A stretch of 64,000 bases of DNA from Lama glama (Eukaryota). The notes below the pieces were generated by a model that was not told the DNA's origin, made no database searches, and saw only the letters and a program-made list of their open reading frames with translations. Shown one piece after another: positions 13,775-25,715 of this stretch. The stretch spans positions 69,132,001 to 69,196,000 of the forward strand of contig CM052817.1 in assembly GCA_028534125.1 (NCBI GenBank), read 5' to 3'. How positions within the stretch are numbered: the first letter of the stretch is position 1; each line of letters starts with the position of its first letter. A program made the position numbers and the translations under genes.

Positions 13775-14189
13775 ACTGCCTCTCTTTCTTATACTCTCAC
13801 TTGAACTTCTCTCTCCTCAGTCTCTGTGCTCTGGCCCATTTACTCCCTTTCCTTTATCTTCCTGACACCCCCTCATTCTTCCATTTGTCTGCAACTGCTT
13901 CCTTTGTGCAGCCAACAAGTTCTCTTTTTTGTTAATGCAGTCCCTTCTTTATATAATTCTTTCTTAAGTTTTCAATATGGCTGGTGAGAAGCTTACAGAC
14001 GGCAATTTTCCTACAAGTTGTCAGTATTCTACTGAGGACAGTCATTTCTTTATACATTAAATACAAGGGCACTGTACAGAAAAGTGGGGTTTTTTAACCT
14101 TTCTTTTCTCATCAATACTTTCTCTTTGTTCTTGATCCTCTTGTGAGCCTAAAGAGGTTTTACTTTTGTCTCTCACAATCAACATGCAG

Positions 14190-14885
14190 TTCAGCAGCGG
14201 TCCAGTTGCCTCCACCTCCAGTGTGCCCTAAGTGCCTTACCTCACCAGTCCAGGTCACCAGCCGTTCTTGCCTGGATGCTCTTGTCTCTTCTCTACACAG
14301 CAGCCTGGGGGGTCCTTTCAAAACAAGTCAGCTCATGCTACTCCCATGCTCAAAAGTTCTTGCCACCTTCATGCATCTTTCAAAATAAATGCAGTTATGA
14401 TGGTCATCAGGTTCCACACAATCTGACCGAGCTCCTCCTCGGACCTCATCTGTCTCTCTCCCCCTACCCATTCCATCCCAGTCTCCTCCATCAGCTTCTT
14501 CCCGTCTTGTCAGTCTGCTCCTGCTCTTCCTGTGCCACTGTTTCTCCAGAACACCCCCTCATTTCATTCAGGTTTCTACTCATATTTGCTTCCTAAGACC
14601 TTTCCCGACTACTAAAATAGCACTACTTGTGTCCCTCTGTTCCTTTACCCTGCTTCAGTTTTCTTCGTAGGGCTCCCATCTGTCTCCTCTAGTATTTAGG
14701 TAATTCTTATTTAGTTATTTTCTGCTTCCAAGCTATAGCCCTAAAAATAACAGGAAGGTAAAAACAGTGAAAGGACGAACTTTATTGGTTTGGTTTTCTG
14801 CATCTGCCCACTGTGCCTCCTACAAAGCTGCCCAGCACAATAGAAGTTTCTCTCTGCGAGTGTATGTTGAGTGAAAGAATGTTAA
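14190..14885 (+). mobile_element. L2 LINE 3' fragment
   Basis: 'tctacacagcagcctgggggtcctttcaaaacaagtcagctcatgctactccc' and 'tgcccagcacaatagaag...tgttgagtgaa'. Confidence 0.7.
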
Positions 14886-17654
14886 GTGTTCTATGCCCCT
14901 GGACACCCTTTGCTAAAATAATTTTCAGAAGTAGCAAAGCAGTGGAGGCCTCATTGCCCAGCCAAACCTATTCTCAATTAAGCACTGGTGATCTTTGAAT
15001 ATGCTGGATGCATAAGAAAGAAGCCACAAGGACGCTAACACTCTGGCGAATTCCCAAATTTGACCAGTTTTCACGAAAGCAGTAGTGCCACTGCCTCTCT
15101 AAAAGTGGATGGAATACACAGCCAGACTCTCCTCCTACTCTGTTTTATGGTAAAATATAGTGCTGGAGCTAACGTTGGGTGGGGCATTTTTCCCAGGTAA
15201 GTTCCAGTACACAGGTCATGGGTTCCAGACAACTAATTTGGATTGGTTGACATTTTTAGTAAAGCAAAGACAAAGATTTTCTCCACCCATCTTCCTTCAC
15301 TCAGATTCCAAGCACCTCTGCTGTGATTTTTGACACCACCACGTCCTAGACGTGTTATTAGCACATTGCCTGAGATACCTGCTCTGTGAGCCACAGATGG
15401 GCTTATTTTCTAAACATGGTGACATTTTTGACTTAACCTTGTGTGCCCTAAAAATTTATTGGACTTTATTAAGAAGTCTTTCATTCCATTGAGATGCTGT
15501 CCTGACTGTAGCTGTTGAAGGAGTCCCCCTTCACCCAGGCATCAGGAACCCTTCTGAGAGAGGAATATGGAATAAGGTTGAAATACTTTAGCCATTAACT
15601 TGAGGATTCTTGAATTTCAGTTTATTTGGATTCCTTATTCGAAAGAGGAAGATAGCTAATATAGACAAATTTCTTTGGACTTCACCTTACCTTAACATGC
15701 AGGAGGATTTAAATTTTGTACTTTAATTTCTTCCAAGGATTTTTTTTTAATGGAACAGGATTTATATTCAAAGGTGGGGCATCTCTATATTGTCAGAATT
15801 TTATGATTGAAGTGCTTTTATTATACATTTTATTATCACTTATTAAATTATCATTTAATCTCACTGCAGAACCTCTGATTGGCTGTACTGGATAATACAA
15901 TGGACATAACTTGGGATGGTAAGAAGAAAGAGGAGGTTTTCCTTTTCCTTTTCAGTCCTGAGTATAGTGTGGTCTTAGAGTCCATTGAATTAATGAACTA
16001 TTTTTCTCCATTTTGCAATTGCTGGGGACAAAATCTAAATTGCTCACCACTGGTCCCAAGAAGATGCATAAAGGACTGATTGGCACTGGGGCAATGACCT
16101 CATCAGGTCCTGCTCTGGTCGGCAGCTGGTCAGATTTGGTCCAAATCCGTATCTTTACCATAGACGGATGGTTATGTATAATGGGCTGAGAATATAAAGA
16201 TCTGGGGAATGAGGACCTGGGGTGGGGGGTTCCTCTTTTCTAATCCTTAATGTTAGTTTAATGTGGAGTGTATAATAATCTTTGTCTCACTCCTGCCCTC
16301 CCTCACTCCTTTCATGTGTTATGAATTACCCAGTTCTGGAATAATTCAAATGAGAGTCTTGAATAAGAAATGCATAGTTCTGTCCTTTCCCTACCCTTCT
16401 TCTTTGGCCCTGCCTGCCAGAAGAAAGTGTGTCCTTCTGTGCTGCCCGTCCACACTCTTAAGTTGTATGGGGCAGCTCCAGCCGGTCACACTGACGTCTG
16501 GTGTTGTCTGAGAAGGTATTGTCTCTCTCTGGTGTCCTCTTGTCCACAGACGGACGCCACACTCTCCAGTATTAACTATCAGCCATAGGTTATTCTGTCA
16601 TCTGTCCTTTCTTAACCGTTTTCTCAAATGGCCTGAATTTGGGGGAGCAGAAAAGTGTAATTGATAGTTTCCCCACTCAAATCCTAAGGCTACGATAAGG
16701 GTATTTTGTTTCTTGGCTAAAAAGGAGATCAGGACAATTCGTCACTTCTCAGAGCATCTCACTGAGCTCAGTGGAAAAGAAAAATATCAACCATATGAGT
16801 GTTATAATCTAAAAATACACTGTAGCTAGGAAATATAAATGTTCTCAATTTGACTAAATGGAGAGCTATTTAAGAATATACTTAAGTGACTAATTAGAAT
16901 AATGTGGGGAATTATTGCAGCAGCACTGAGATGTCTTGAACCCTGACCTCTAGCCATGAGACTGCTTTAGTTTAAGCTGCCATACTGTACTTAATCCATT
17001 CTACTGTGTCACAGAATGTTTATTTTCCACATTTCTAGCCCATTAACATCTCTAATACAACGCGGGCTCTTGCAGCCACTCCCGGTCTCATAATTGGTGA
17101 GTAATGTTGCTTAAACATTCCTTACATCTTTGTGTTCAGGAAGCAGAGGAAAGACCTTCCTGGGAAGTAGATTTGAGTTCACACAGGACCAGGTAACTTA
17201 GTCTGTAGTCATGTAGGGATAAAGATATTTTGTAGCATCTTTGTGCTATATAGGGGAATGAACCATTACCCTAAGCATGTTGGCATCTCTATTTTGGGAA
17301 ATTTTAACCTGGGAGAAGGTTATAGGAAATAGGCTAGGTGGCTTCAAGTGCTTTGAAGTGGTTTCTGGAGAGCTCTTGTTCTAAGTTGTTCCAGAAGGCA
17401 AAGTAAGAATAGACGGTTGGAAAGCACAAGCTCGAATACTTTAGTTTAATGAAAAAATAACTTTCAGACAATGACAGCTGTCCTGCTGTGAAATAAGCAC
17501 CTTCAGTACAGTAAACTGCCTCGGAGCATCTCGTGGGGATGTCATCCAAAGGATTCCGGCTAAGCCTGCAAAAGCAGACCCAGTCCTGTTGAACTCAGAA
17601 TCTATGATTCTGTGAAAGTTTTTCCCATAAGCAAAACACAAGGAAACTTGAATT

Positions 17655-19607
17655 CCATTTTTGGAGGAGAAAAATTTAATATATTTTATCTTATTATACA
17701 TCTCCCCTAAATTACAAAGTCAATAGCTGCAAATATATTCTGCTACAAAGCTTTCTGTAAGAAATATCTCTATAAGAAAATACATCTCATTAACATTTCC
17801 TGTAAATAAATTACTTCAAATAATAATTTTTGAAGGGATGTACGTAAGGGAAATAATGCAGAAACCAGACTGTAAATGTAATTGCTACATAGGAAATGTT
17901 TGACTGAAATGTTCCATTTTCATGTTGCCAAGCTCATAGAAATCTGTACAGACTTCGGTTCTTGGATAGATTGTCTAATAATTTTTGTTTTAGCAGACAT
18001 GTGGGGAAAATGTAAATCTTAATCATACTAGTAAATGTGTGTGGGAAGCTGGAATTCTTAATAGACGTGCAGGCTCAGGTTCAGTTTCTACTGGGAGAAC
18101 TTGAATTTGAGACTGCAAATGGGATTTAAGTAAAAGAAATTAAGGAGTGACTTGCAGTCTATAAAAGAAAAGGTCAAAAGTAACAACTATAAGATAACGT
18201 TTTTTGCATTATGCTGTAGACATAATATTTAGAACTGAGTAAAAGTAAAAAAAGTAATAAAATGGATTCAAATTTAGAACCTGTGGTTTCTCTAGATTAG
18301 CAAGATGTAGGTTTTCTAGGTTATTCTGTCTATGTTTTTTAATCTCAATGACTGCAAAAAACAGAAACTGTATCTTTGGCAAAAAACAGCTCTTACAGAG
18401 AGAGGTCAGTGCAGAAGAATCAGGTGGTGTCATCTGTCAGACGCTTACCGAGGGCAATGAAGCCTTTATCCCTTCTGCCTTGGAGTCCATTTCATGAGAC
18501 CTCCTCATGTTGAGATTTTAGGACCTCAAAAATATAAAATAAATATTTTGAGGTCAAGTAGTGACCTCAGGCTGAACTCACCTGCGTAGTAAATACAGTG
18601 AAAGCAGATCCCATGGAAGAACTTCCATTTAGGTTGTGTGGCCTTGGGCTTCAGATATGAAAAGTCAGTTTGTCCTTCAGACATTTGATCTGTGCGTTGC
18701 CAAAACCTCAACACTTGAGTTTTCTCCATTTCCCTGCAGGGCAGATGTAGCTCAAGTCTCTTGTATCAGCTTTACCCTCCTATACTGCAGAGCACGTAAA
18801 GAATAGAATAAAGGTCCAATTCTAGCAAACATAGGACATACCAAAGCTTAAAAAAAATATGATCTGGTGGCTTTATTTACCACGTATCGTGGACATCTTG
18901 TGCTGTTCACAATTAATGGGTATAATTTGGAAAATAAAATCAGGAGTCATATAACCAACAGAGATGCAGTTTAAACACTTTAGAATCTGAATGAACTCTT
19001 TTGGTCTGATTGATAAGACTCGTTCTTATTAATTATAAGTGAAATTAAATTTTGGAAAAATGTAAGCATTTTCTGAAGGCCGTGACAAAAGACCTGTGAT
19101 TTTTAATTTGGGGGTATTGACTGCTTTTTTTTCTCGTCTACCAAGGTCTTTGAGCAGTAGGAGTAGTGTTGCAAATTAACTCTGCTCCAGCCTTTCACTT
19201 CCTATTTAACATGTTTTAGAGTCTATTGTTTGTATGCCAGGGAATATTTTGTTGAATACCTTTAAATAGAAATTTTTTTAGGTTATTTTTATAGGCAATC
19301 ACCAATCTGAAGGAAACTGATCCTTCGGGAACAACCTAAACTCTTGGAAGGTTACATGGTATTTGTCAGTAATTTCACTCTGTGCCTTTTTTCCCCCCAG
19401 TAATAGCATTTTCACAAATGTGTACATTATTTACATAAACAAGCTGCATGATGGAAACACACTTTCTAATCTGCTCCATTATCTGTATTCTTATCACATT
19501 CCTCATTTTAGCCCTGTTTCTGAAATCCAAATCCTATTTTCCACCATGCTGTAATGCATTAAATACACTGATTCACAGTCTGCTATGCTGCTTTTCCTCA
19601 GAGGTGC
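17655..19607 (-). other. DKK2: DKK2 3'UTR (3' end approximate)
   Basis: AT-rich stretch after the stop with no recognisable repeats. Candidate distal poly(A) signal ATTAAA at 17680-17675 and proximal AATAAA at 18877-18872. Cleavage site inferred. Confidence 0.65.
17675..17680 (-). terminator. Candidate DKK2 polyadenylation signal ATTAAA
   Basis: tttaat on + at 17675-17680, about 1.93 kb past the stop, consistent with my recollection of a ~2 kb DKK2 3'UTR. Confidence 0.5.
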
Positions 19608-19858
19608 TCATATCTTCTGACACACGTGGAGTCTGGCTTTGGAAGAGTAGGTGGCATCTTTCCATACTTTACAAGACAGGCCTTTTGCGCAGTCACACCG
19701 CTGGAAAATTTCCAGCCCATGAGAGCCCTTCTTGCGTTGCTTGGTACAGACTTCTCCCTGATGAAGCACTGGTTTGCAGATTTTGGTCCAGAAGTGACGA
19801 GCACAGCAAAACCCTTCAGTGCAGTCTGAGGATCGCAGGCAGGGGTCTCCTTCATGCC
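19608..19858 (-). CDS. DKK2: DKK2 exon 4 coding part (251 bp incl. TGA), Cys-rich domain 2: (G)HEGDPCLRSSDCTEGFCCARHFWTKICKPVLHQGEVCTKQRKKGSHGLEIFQRCDCAKGLSCKVWKDATYSSKARLHVCQKI*
   Basis: ORF 19608..19895(-) contains the DKK2 C-terminus. Acceptor tctctgtag|GG at 19859/19858; stop TGA at 19610-19608. Confidence 0.99.
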
Positions 19859-20158
19859 CTACAGAGATAATGACCAAAAGATAGTACCGTGACACTTAAG
19901 AAAAAATTCTAATTTGCAATCAGAAGCACATAAAATATTTTTACTTATACCATCTTCCATGTTGTCTTAGATTCATATCGATTGGGTCTGCCTCTCATCA
20001 CCTAAATCCATTATTGTCTATGTCCATTAATAGCTAGGAGTGTGCTTCATTTCTCTTTACTTTGCCATGGTGTGCTTTTAGATACTTCTCTGATTATTTT
20101 GTTTGTTTTTACTAGGTGAGTGAAAAATAAGTAAAAAGAATTGCTTTTAAACTAATTT

Positions 20159-22025
20159 GGGATTTCCAGACAAGATGGCGGAGTGGTAGGACCACAACTG
20201 ACTGGAGACAACCATTGAAAAAGTGGAACCTAGCAAAGAAGATCGTCTTCAACTGTAAACAAACAGGGAACCACAGCAGGACGGTAGGAGGGGCGTGCTC
20301 GTGATATAATTAGGCCCCATACCCTACCCTGCCCCAGGTTGGTGACCCACAAGCTGAAGAGTAAGTCAGTCTGAAGGCCCACGTCAGGCTCCCCAGCCCA
20401 GGGTTCTGGCATTAGAAGGAGGAGACCCCCAGCACATCTGGTTTTGAAGGCCAGTGGGCTTAACTCCAGGAGCCCCACGGGACTGGGGGAAACAGATTTC
20501 ACTCTCTTGGGAAGCGTACCTAGAATCTCGAGTGCACCAGGTCCAAATGCAGAGACAGTGATTTCATAGGAACCTGGGCCAGGCCTGCCTGCTGGTTTTG
20601 GAGGGTCTCTTGGGAACGTAGGGGATAGCTGCAGCTCACCCAGGGGACATAAAGGCTGGTGGCAGACATTCCAGGAATGTTCATCTACATGAGCTTTCCT
20701 GGAGGCTGACATCTTAATTGGATCATTTGCACCGAGACCTAGGCCCACCCAACAGCCAGTAGAGAAGCCTCAGGCCCAATAACATCCAGGGTGGGAACAC
20801 AGCCCCACCCACCAGAGGGCCAGGACCAAGCTTCACCCAGCAGTGGGCAGGCACTGGCTCCTCCTGCCAGGAAACCTGCATAAATAAGCCTCTAGTCCAG
20901 CCTCACTCTCCAGGGGGCAGATACCAGAAATAAGAAAACAGTAATCCCAAAGCCTGTGGAAGGACTCCACAAAAAGGCCAGACTCTACACTGGGACCAGC
21001 TGGATCCTAGCCCTTGGCTGACAAGAGAAGTGTACTGCTGGGACACACAGGATGTCTCCCAGAGAGGGTCACCTCTCCAAGGCTGGAAAACGTAAGGAAC
21101 CTGCCTAAAAATATAATTAGAAAGTCCTCTGCTGCCTCATATTGTTTATCTATCTCCCAGGCCCAAGGCACAAGATGAAATTCCAGAAGAAGAAATAAGT
21201 GATAAGGAGATAGGCAATTTATCTGAGAAAGAGTTTAAAGTAATGATGGCAAAGATGTTCAGAGAATTCAAGAGGAGTATAGATGCACAGAGTGAAGTTT
21301 TTAGCAAAGAGTTGGAAAATATAAAGACTACCCAAACAGAGTTGAAGAATAAAATCACTGAAATGAATAGCACACTAGAAGGAACCAAGAATAGACTAAG
21401 TGAAGCAGAAGGATGTATCAATGAGCTAGAAGACAGACTAGTGGAAATCACTACTGCAGAACAGAAAAAAGGATGAAAAGAAATGAGGATGGTTTAAGAG
21501 AACTCTGGGACAACATGAAGCACACTAATACTCGCATCACAGAGGTCCCAGAAAGAGGAGAGAGAGAGAAAGGACCTGAGAAAATTTTTGAAGAGATAAC
21601 TGAAAACTTTCCCAACTTGGGAATGGAAACAGTCACCCAAGTCCAGGAAGCACAGAGTTCCACACAGGATCAACCCAAAGAGGAACACATCAAGACACAT
21701 AGTAATCAAATTGACAAAAATTAAGAATAAGGAGAAAATATTAAAATTAGCAAGAGAAAAGTAACAAATAACATACAAGGGAACTCCTGTAAGGTTATCA
21801 GCTGGTTTTTCAGCAGAGACTCTACAGGCCAGAAGGGAGTGGCAAGATACAGTTAAAGGGATGAAAAGGGAAAAACCTACCACCAAGAATACCCTACCCA
21901 GCAAGGCTCTCACTCAGCTGCTAAAAGAATTCAGCACCACCAAACCTGCTTTACAACAAATATTAAAAGAACTTCTCTAGTCGTCAAACCATAAGAAAAT
22001 AGAAAAGAAAAAAAAAAGACCTACA
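20159..22025 (+). mobile_element. L1 5'UTR plus decayed ORF1 (antisense to DKK2)
   Basis: Starts 'gggatttccagacaagatggcggag' (YY1-type AAGATGGCGG), then a GC-rich 5'UTR. ORFs 21243..21476 and 21473..21724 encode L1 ORF1p coiled-coil/RRM pieces with frameshifts; stop near 21980. Confidence 0.93.
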
Positions 22026-22325
22026 AAAGATTGCTTTGGCAGTTTGGGGTCTTTTATGGTTCCATATAAATTTGGGAATTGTTCTAGTTCTGTGAAGAAT
22101 GTCGTGAGTACTTTGACAGGCGTTGCACTGGATCTGTACATGGCTTTGGGTAGTACAGCCGTTTTGATACTGTTGATTCTTCCAGTGCAAGAGCACAAGA
22201 TATCTTTCCATTTCTTTGTATCCTCTTCAATTTCCTTCATCAGTGTTTTACAGTTTTCAGAGTATAGGTAACCTCTTTGGTTAAGTTTATGTTTAGGTAT
22301 TTTGCTCTTTTTAATGCAATGGAAA
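22026..22325 (-). mobile_element. Inverted L1 ORF2 internal fragment
   Basis: ORF 21977..22462(-) contains LYSENCKTLMKEIEEDTKKWKDI.CS..GRIN.IK.A.LPKAMYR (ORF2, downstream of RT). Confidence 0.9.
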
Positions 22326-22394
22326 TGTTTATGCCAGTTATAAAATTCTGGTTTTTGAAGCGGGAAAAAAAGTGAATGAAGGGCTGACAATGGC

Positions 22395-22555
22395 AAAACA
22401 TCCTTCTTTCTTATGGGTGAGTGCATTCCATTACATATATACGCTGCATCTCCTTTATCCATTCATCTATTGATGTGCACTTATGATGCTTCCATACCTT
22501 GGCAATTATAAATAATGTTGCTATTAATAGCAGGGTGTATGTATCTTTTTAAATT
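22395..22555 (-). mobile_element. Older L1 ORF2 3'-end fragment
   Basis: 'ctttatccattcatctattgatgtgcactta...cttccataccttggcaattataaataatg'. Confidence 0.75.
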
Positions 22556-23374
22556 AATTACTGTTTTGTGATTGGCTTTATTCCTTTGATAACTAGGTAA
22601 CTTTAAAAAGTTAAAGCTCTAAAGGTTCTTAGAAACAATGAATAGTATATATATGTAAATTTAAAAAATTTGCAAAATTAATTGGAAAATCAAGTAAAGT
22701 TGATACTAACAGTTTAAAAAAACATTACTTAATTAATTTGATACCTTCTTGGAAGGTATCAACAAACTCTGATTCAAAGAGAAGGCTGAAATCCCCAGTG
22801 ATGCCTAAGACCATGTATCAGAGTCTAGCCAGGAAAATGGAAACTCTTGGGTATTCAAAAGAGAAGATACTAATGCAGAGACCTGTCACACAGGCAGAGA
22901 GTCACAGGGCTAAGACGTACCAGAATATGGTAAAGCAACACAGCAGGAAACCACTGCCACATTTAGGCCGGGGGATCCAAAGGAGCAGGTGATGTCAGAA
23001 TGGTGGGGGCAGGCAGTGGGGCTGGGGCTGGAATCCCAACAGGCCCACCTGGCAGGAGCTGAAGCCCCAGGGAGGTACAGCTCTGCCAGAAACACTCCCT
23101 GAAGCAGAGAGCATATGCTAGCTTTTTCTTTCCTCTGCTTCTCAGTCTCCCACCACAGCCAAACCTACGTGGCCAGGAGCCATCTGACAGGGAGCCTGAG
23201 AAATGAAGTCTATAAAGAGCTGTGATGCAGAACAGAGCAAGGGCATACCCCAGGGTCAACCAAAAACCTATCATAAAAATCATATAGGAGCACAAATCTA
23301 AGTATTTAATTCTGTAAAAAGGATCAAGTCAGCAAAGAGCACATCACAGTCAGGTTGATGTGTAATCTGGATAA

Positions 23375-23602
23375 AGGAGTAGTCAGCAAGCTTCTCTGTT
23401 ACCTCTAGATTGAAATATTTCTGGCTATTTTGGCTGTTTAGGCCATGTAATCTGTGTCACAGCTCCTCGTTCTGCTACTGTATTGTAAAAGCAGCCACAG
23501 CTAATGCCCATTCACTTAGGCAAGTGTGTGTCACAATAAAACATTACAAAAAAGGGCAGCAGGACAGACTTGGCTCATGGGCCATAGGGAGCCAGCCCTG
23601 GT
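23375..23602 (+). mobile_element. MER58-like hAT MITE
   Basis: 'gtcagcaa...ttaggccatgtaatctgtgtcacagctcctcgttctgctactgtattgtaaaagcagccacag...aataaaac...gggccatag'. Confidence 0.7.
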
Positions 23603-23727
23603 CTAAAGGGTTCTCTGTCTTCCCAGATGTCAACAGTTCCACTGTGTGATGTGGACATAGTTCACTAGCCATCAACATAAGATTTCTCCTAGCTGCCATC
23701 AGAAAATTACTCATATAATTAAACGGT

Positions 23728-24552
23728 GCTAATTATTAGAGAAATGCAGATCAAAACTACACTAAGGTATCACCTCACACCGTCAGAATGGCCATCATGA
23801 AAAAGACTACAAATAATAAATGCTGGAGGGGATATGGAGAAAAGGGAACCCTCCTACACTGCTGGTGGGAATGTAGTTTGGTACAGCCATTATGGAAAAC
23901 AGTATGGAGATTCCTTGAAAGACTGAAAACAGACTTACCATATGATCCAGCAATAGCACTCCTAGGCATATCTCTGGAGAAAACCAATTCAAAAAGCTAT
24001 ATGCACCCTAATGTTCAGAGCAGCACTACTTACAATAGCCAAGACATGGAAGCAACCTAAACGTCCATCAATGGATAACTGGATAAAGAAGATGTCATAT
24101 ACATGAATACAATGCAATACTGCTCAGCCATAAAAAAGAATGAAATAGTGCCATCTGCAGCAACATGGATGGACCTAGAGATTATTATATTAAGTCAGAA
24201 GAGAAAGACAAATATCATATGATACCACTTCCATGTAGAGTCTACAAAAAAATGATACAAACGAACTTTACAAAACAAACAGACTCAGAGACAGAAGACA
24301 AACTTATGGTTACCCAAGGATAAAGAAGCGGGAAGGATAAATTAGGAGTTTGAGATTATCAGATACACACTGTTACATATAAAATAAACAAGAACCTACT
24401 GTGTGGCATAAAGTACTGTATTCAATATCTTGTAATAACCTATAATAGAAAAGAATCTGAAAAATTATATATTCTGTATAACTGAATCACTTTGCCATAC
24501 ACCTGAAGCTAACACAACATTGTAAATCAGTACTTCAGTTTAAAAAAAAAAA
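23728..24552 (+). mobile_element. 5'-truncated L1 (ORF2 C-terminus + 3'UTR + polyA)
   Basis: ORF 23788..24060 encodes [20 protein letters not shown]-tail at 24542-24552. Confidence 0.95.
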
Positions 24553-24984
24553 GATTTTAGGTATTGAAAGAATTTATATATTTTTTTAATTTAGTGTCAG
24601 CTTTACTAACTTACTTTTTTAAATTATTTACTACAGCTGGGTGAAAAGACACAGAAAAAGCACTGGAAAAGATACAAATAGATAAAACAATTAGTAAATG
24701 TGAAACTGTACTGTGACATAGATATCTGTCAGAATAAAGGATACTTGTGAAGAAGGAAAAAAAAGGCTACTTATACACCAACAAATACATGTAAATTTGG
24801 TGAAATAGAAATAGGAGATGTGAGTAAAGGACTTAGACCTTTAGCAAGTATAGACAAAGGCTAATTGAAGAGGAATCATCAATCTCTTTAGCACTATCCA
24901 TGTGCCCACTGGTATTCCAGGTTGGACCAATACATCAGCTATTCCACAGGAGACTAGCCCTGCAGAAGGTGAAAATGTAGGGAA

Positions 24985-25200
24985 GTGGTTTTTGTGATCA
25001 AGTAAACCAGGAAATACAGTGTTTAAAAAAGGTAACCAGTTTTCCTCATTGTTGAACTTCTCAGAGCCCTCAATGTATCAGTGTTTATTATAAAGTTCCA
25101 AAAATGGGGAGATGCATTATTATGTAACTCTTGACCATAGGGCTCTTTTATTCACAGAATGTCTTGAAAGAATACTGCTCCAAAGAATACACTTTAAAAA
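24985..25200. mobile_element. hAT-Charlie (Charlie4-like) fragment, degenerate
   Basis: 'aacttctcagagccctcaatgtat...ttgaccatagggctcttttattcacagaat...acacttt'. Confidence 0.5.
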
Positions 25201-25715
25201 AGCCTCCTTAAAAAACAGGTATTTCATACTTTCAAAATTTTACTATTAGTAATTAGGTTCAATAATTTCGTACTTTTGATTTTTACTATGATTAGGCTTC
25301 CCAAATATTTGGACAAAAGGAAGATTTTATGGCCATATATAATGCAACTAGAATTTAATTTTTTGGTAAATTGTTCAATGAATAGTATATTATCTTGTTG
25401 TTTAGTGAAATAAAATTTCTCAATCTGCAAAGGTGAGAAAAAGACTAAATCTTACTGATTTAATCATGCAGTAGGAAACATTTTCCCATTTATTCTTTGG
25501 AACACTTCATTCTTGGATATGGGATGGAAATACTTGTACAAAAGATTGATTCTAAGTATCACATAAAATGGCATTTAGGAAATGACATGGTTGATCAGGG
25601 TACTGCAATTCTTGTAAAATATATTTTCTAACAATTTAAGAGCTCTAAGAAATAGCATCCTCAAAATTAAGAATTAATAAATTCAGTCAAAATAGTACCA
25701 TTAAAGTACTTTCTT

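Noticed and set aside
19448..19870. 140-aa plus-strand ORF
   Set aside because: Antisense shadow of exon 4 and the 3'UTR; no recognisable homology.
19859..19895. N-terminal extension MSRYYLLVIISV of ORF 19608..19895
   Set aside because: Intronic read-through upstream of the acceptor; it starts at GTG and is not part of DKK2.
20230..20748. 172-aa minus-strand ORF as an L1 ORF0-like gene
   Set aside because: Antisense to a GC-rich L1 5'UTR where stops are rare, starts at GTG, and shows no resemblance I can recognise to primate ORF0.
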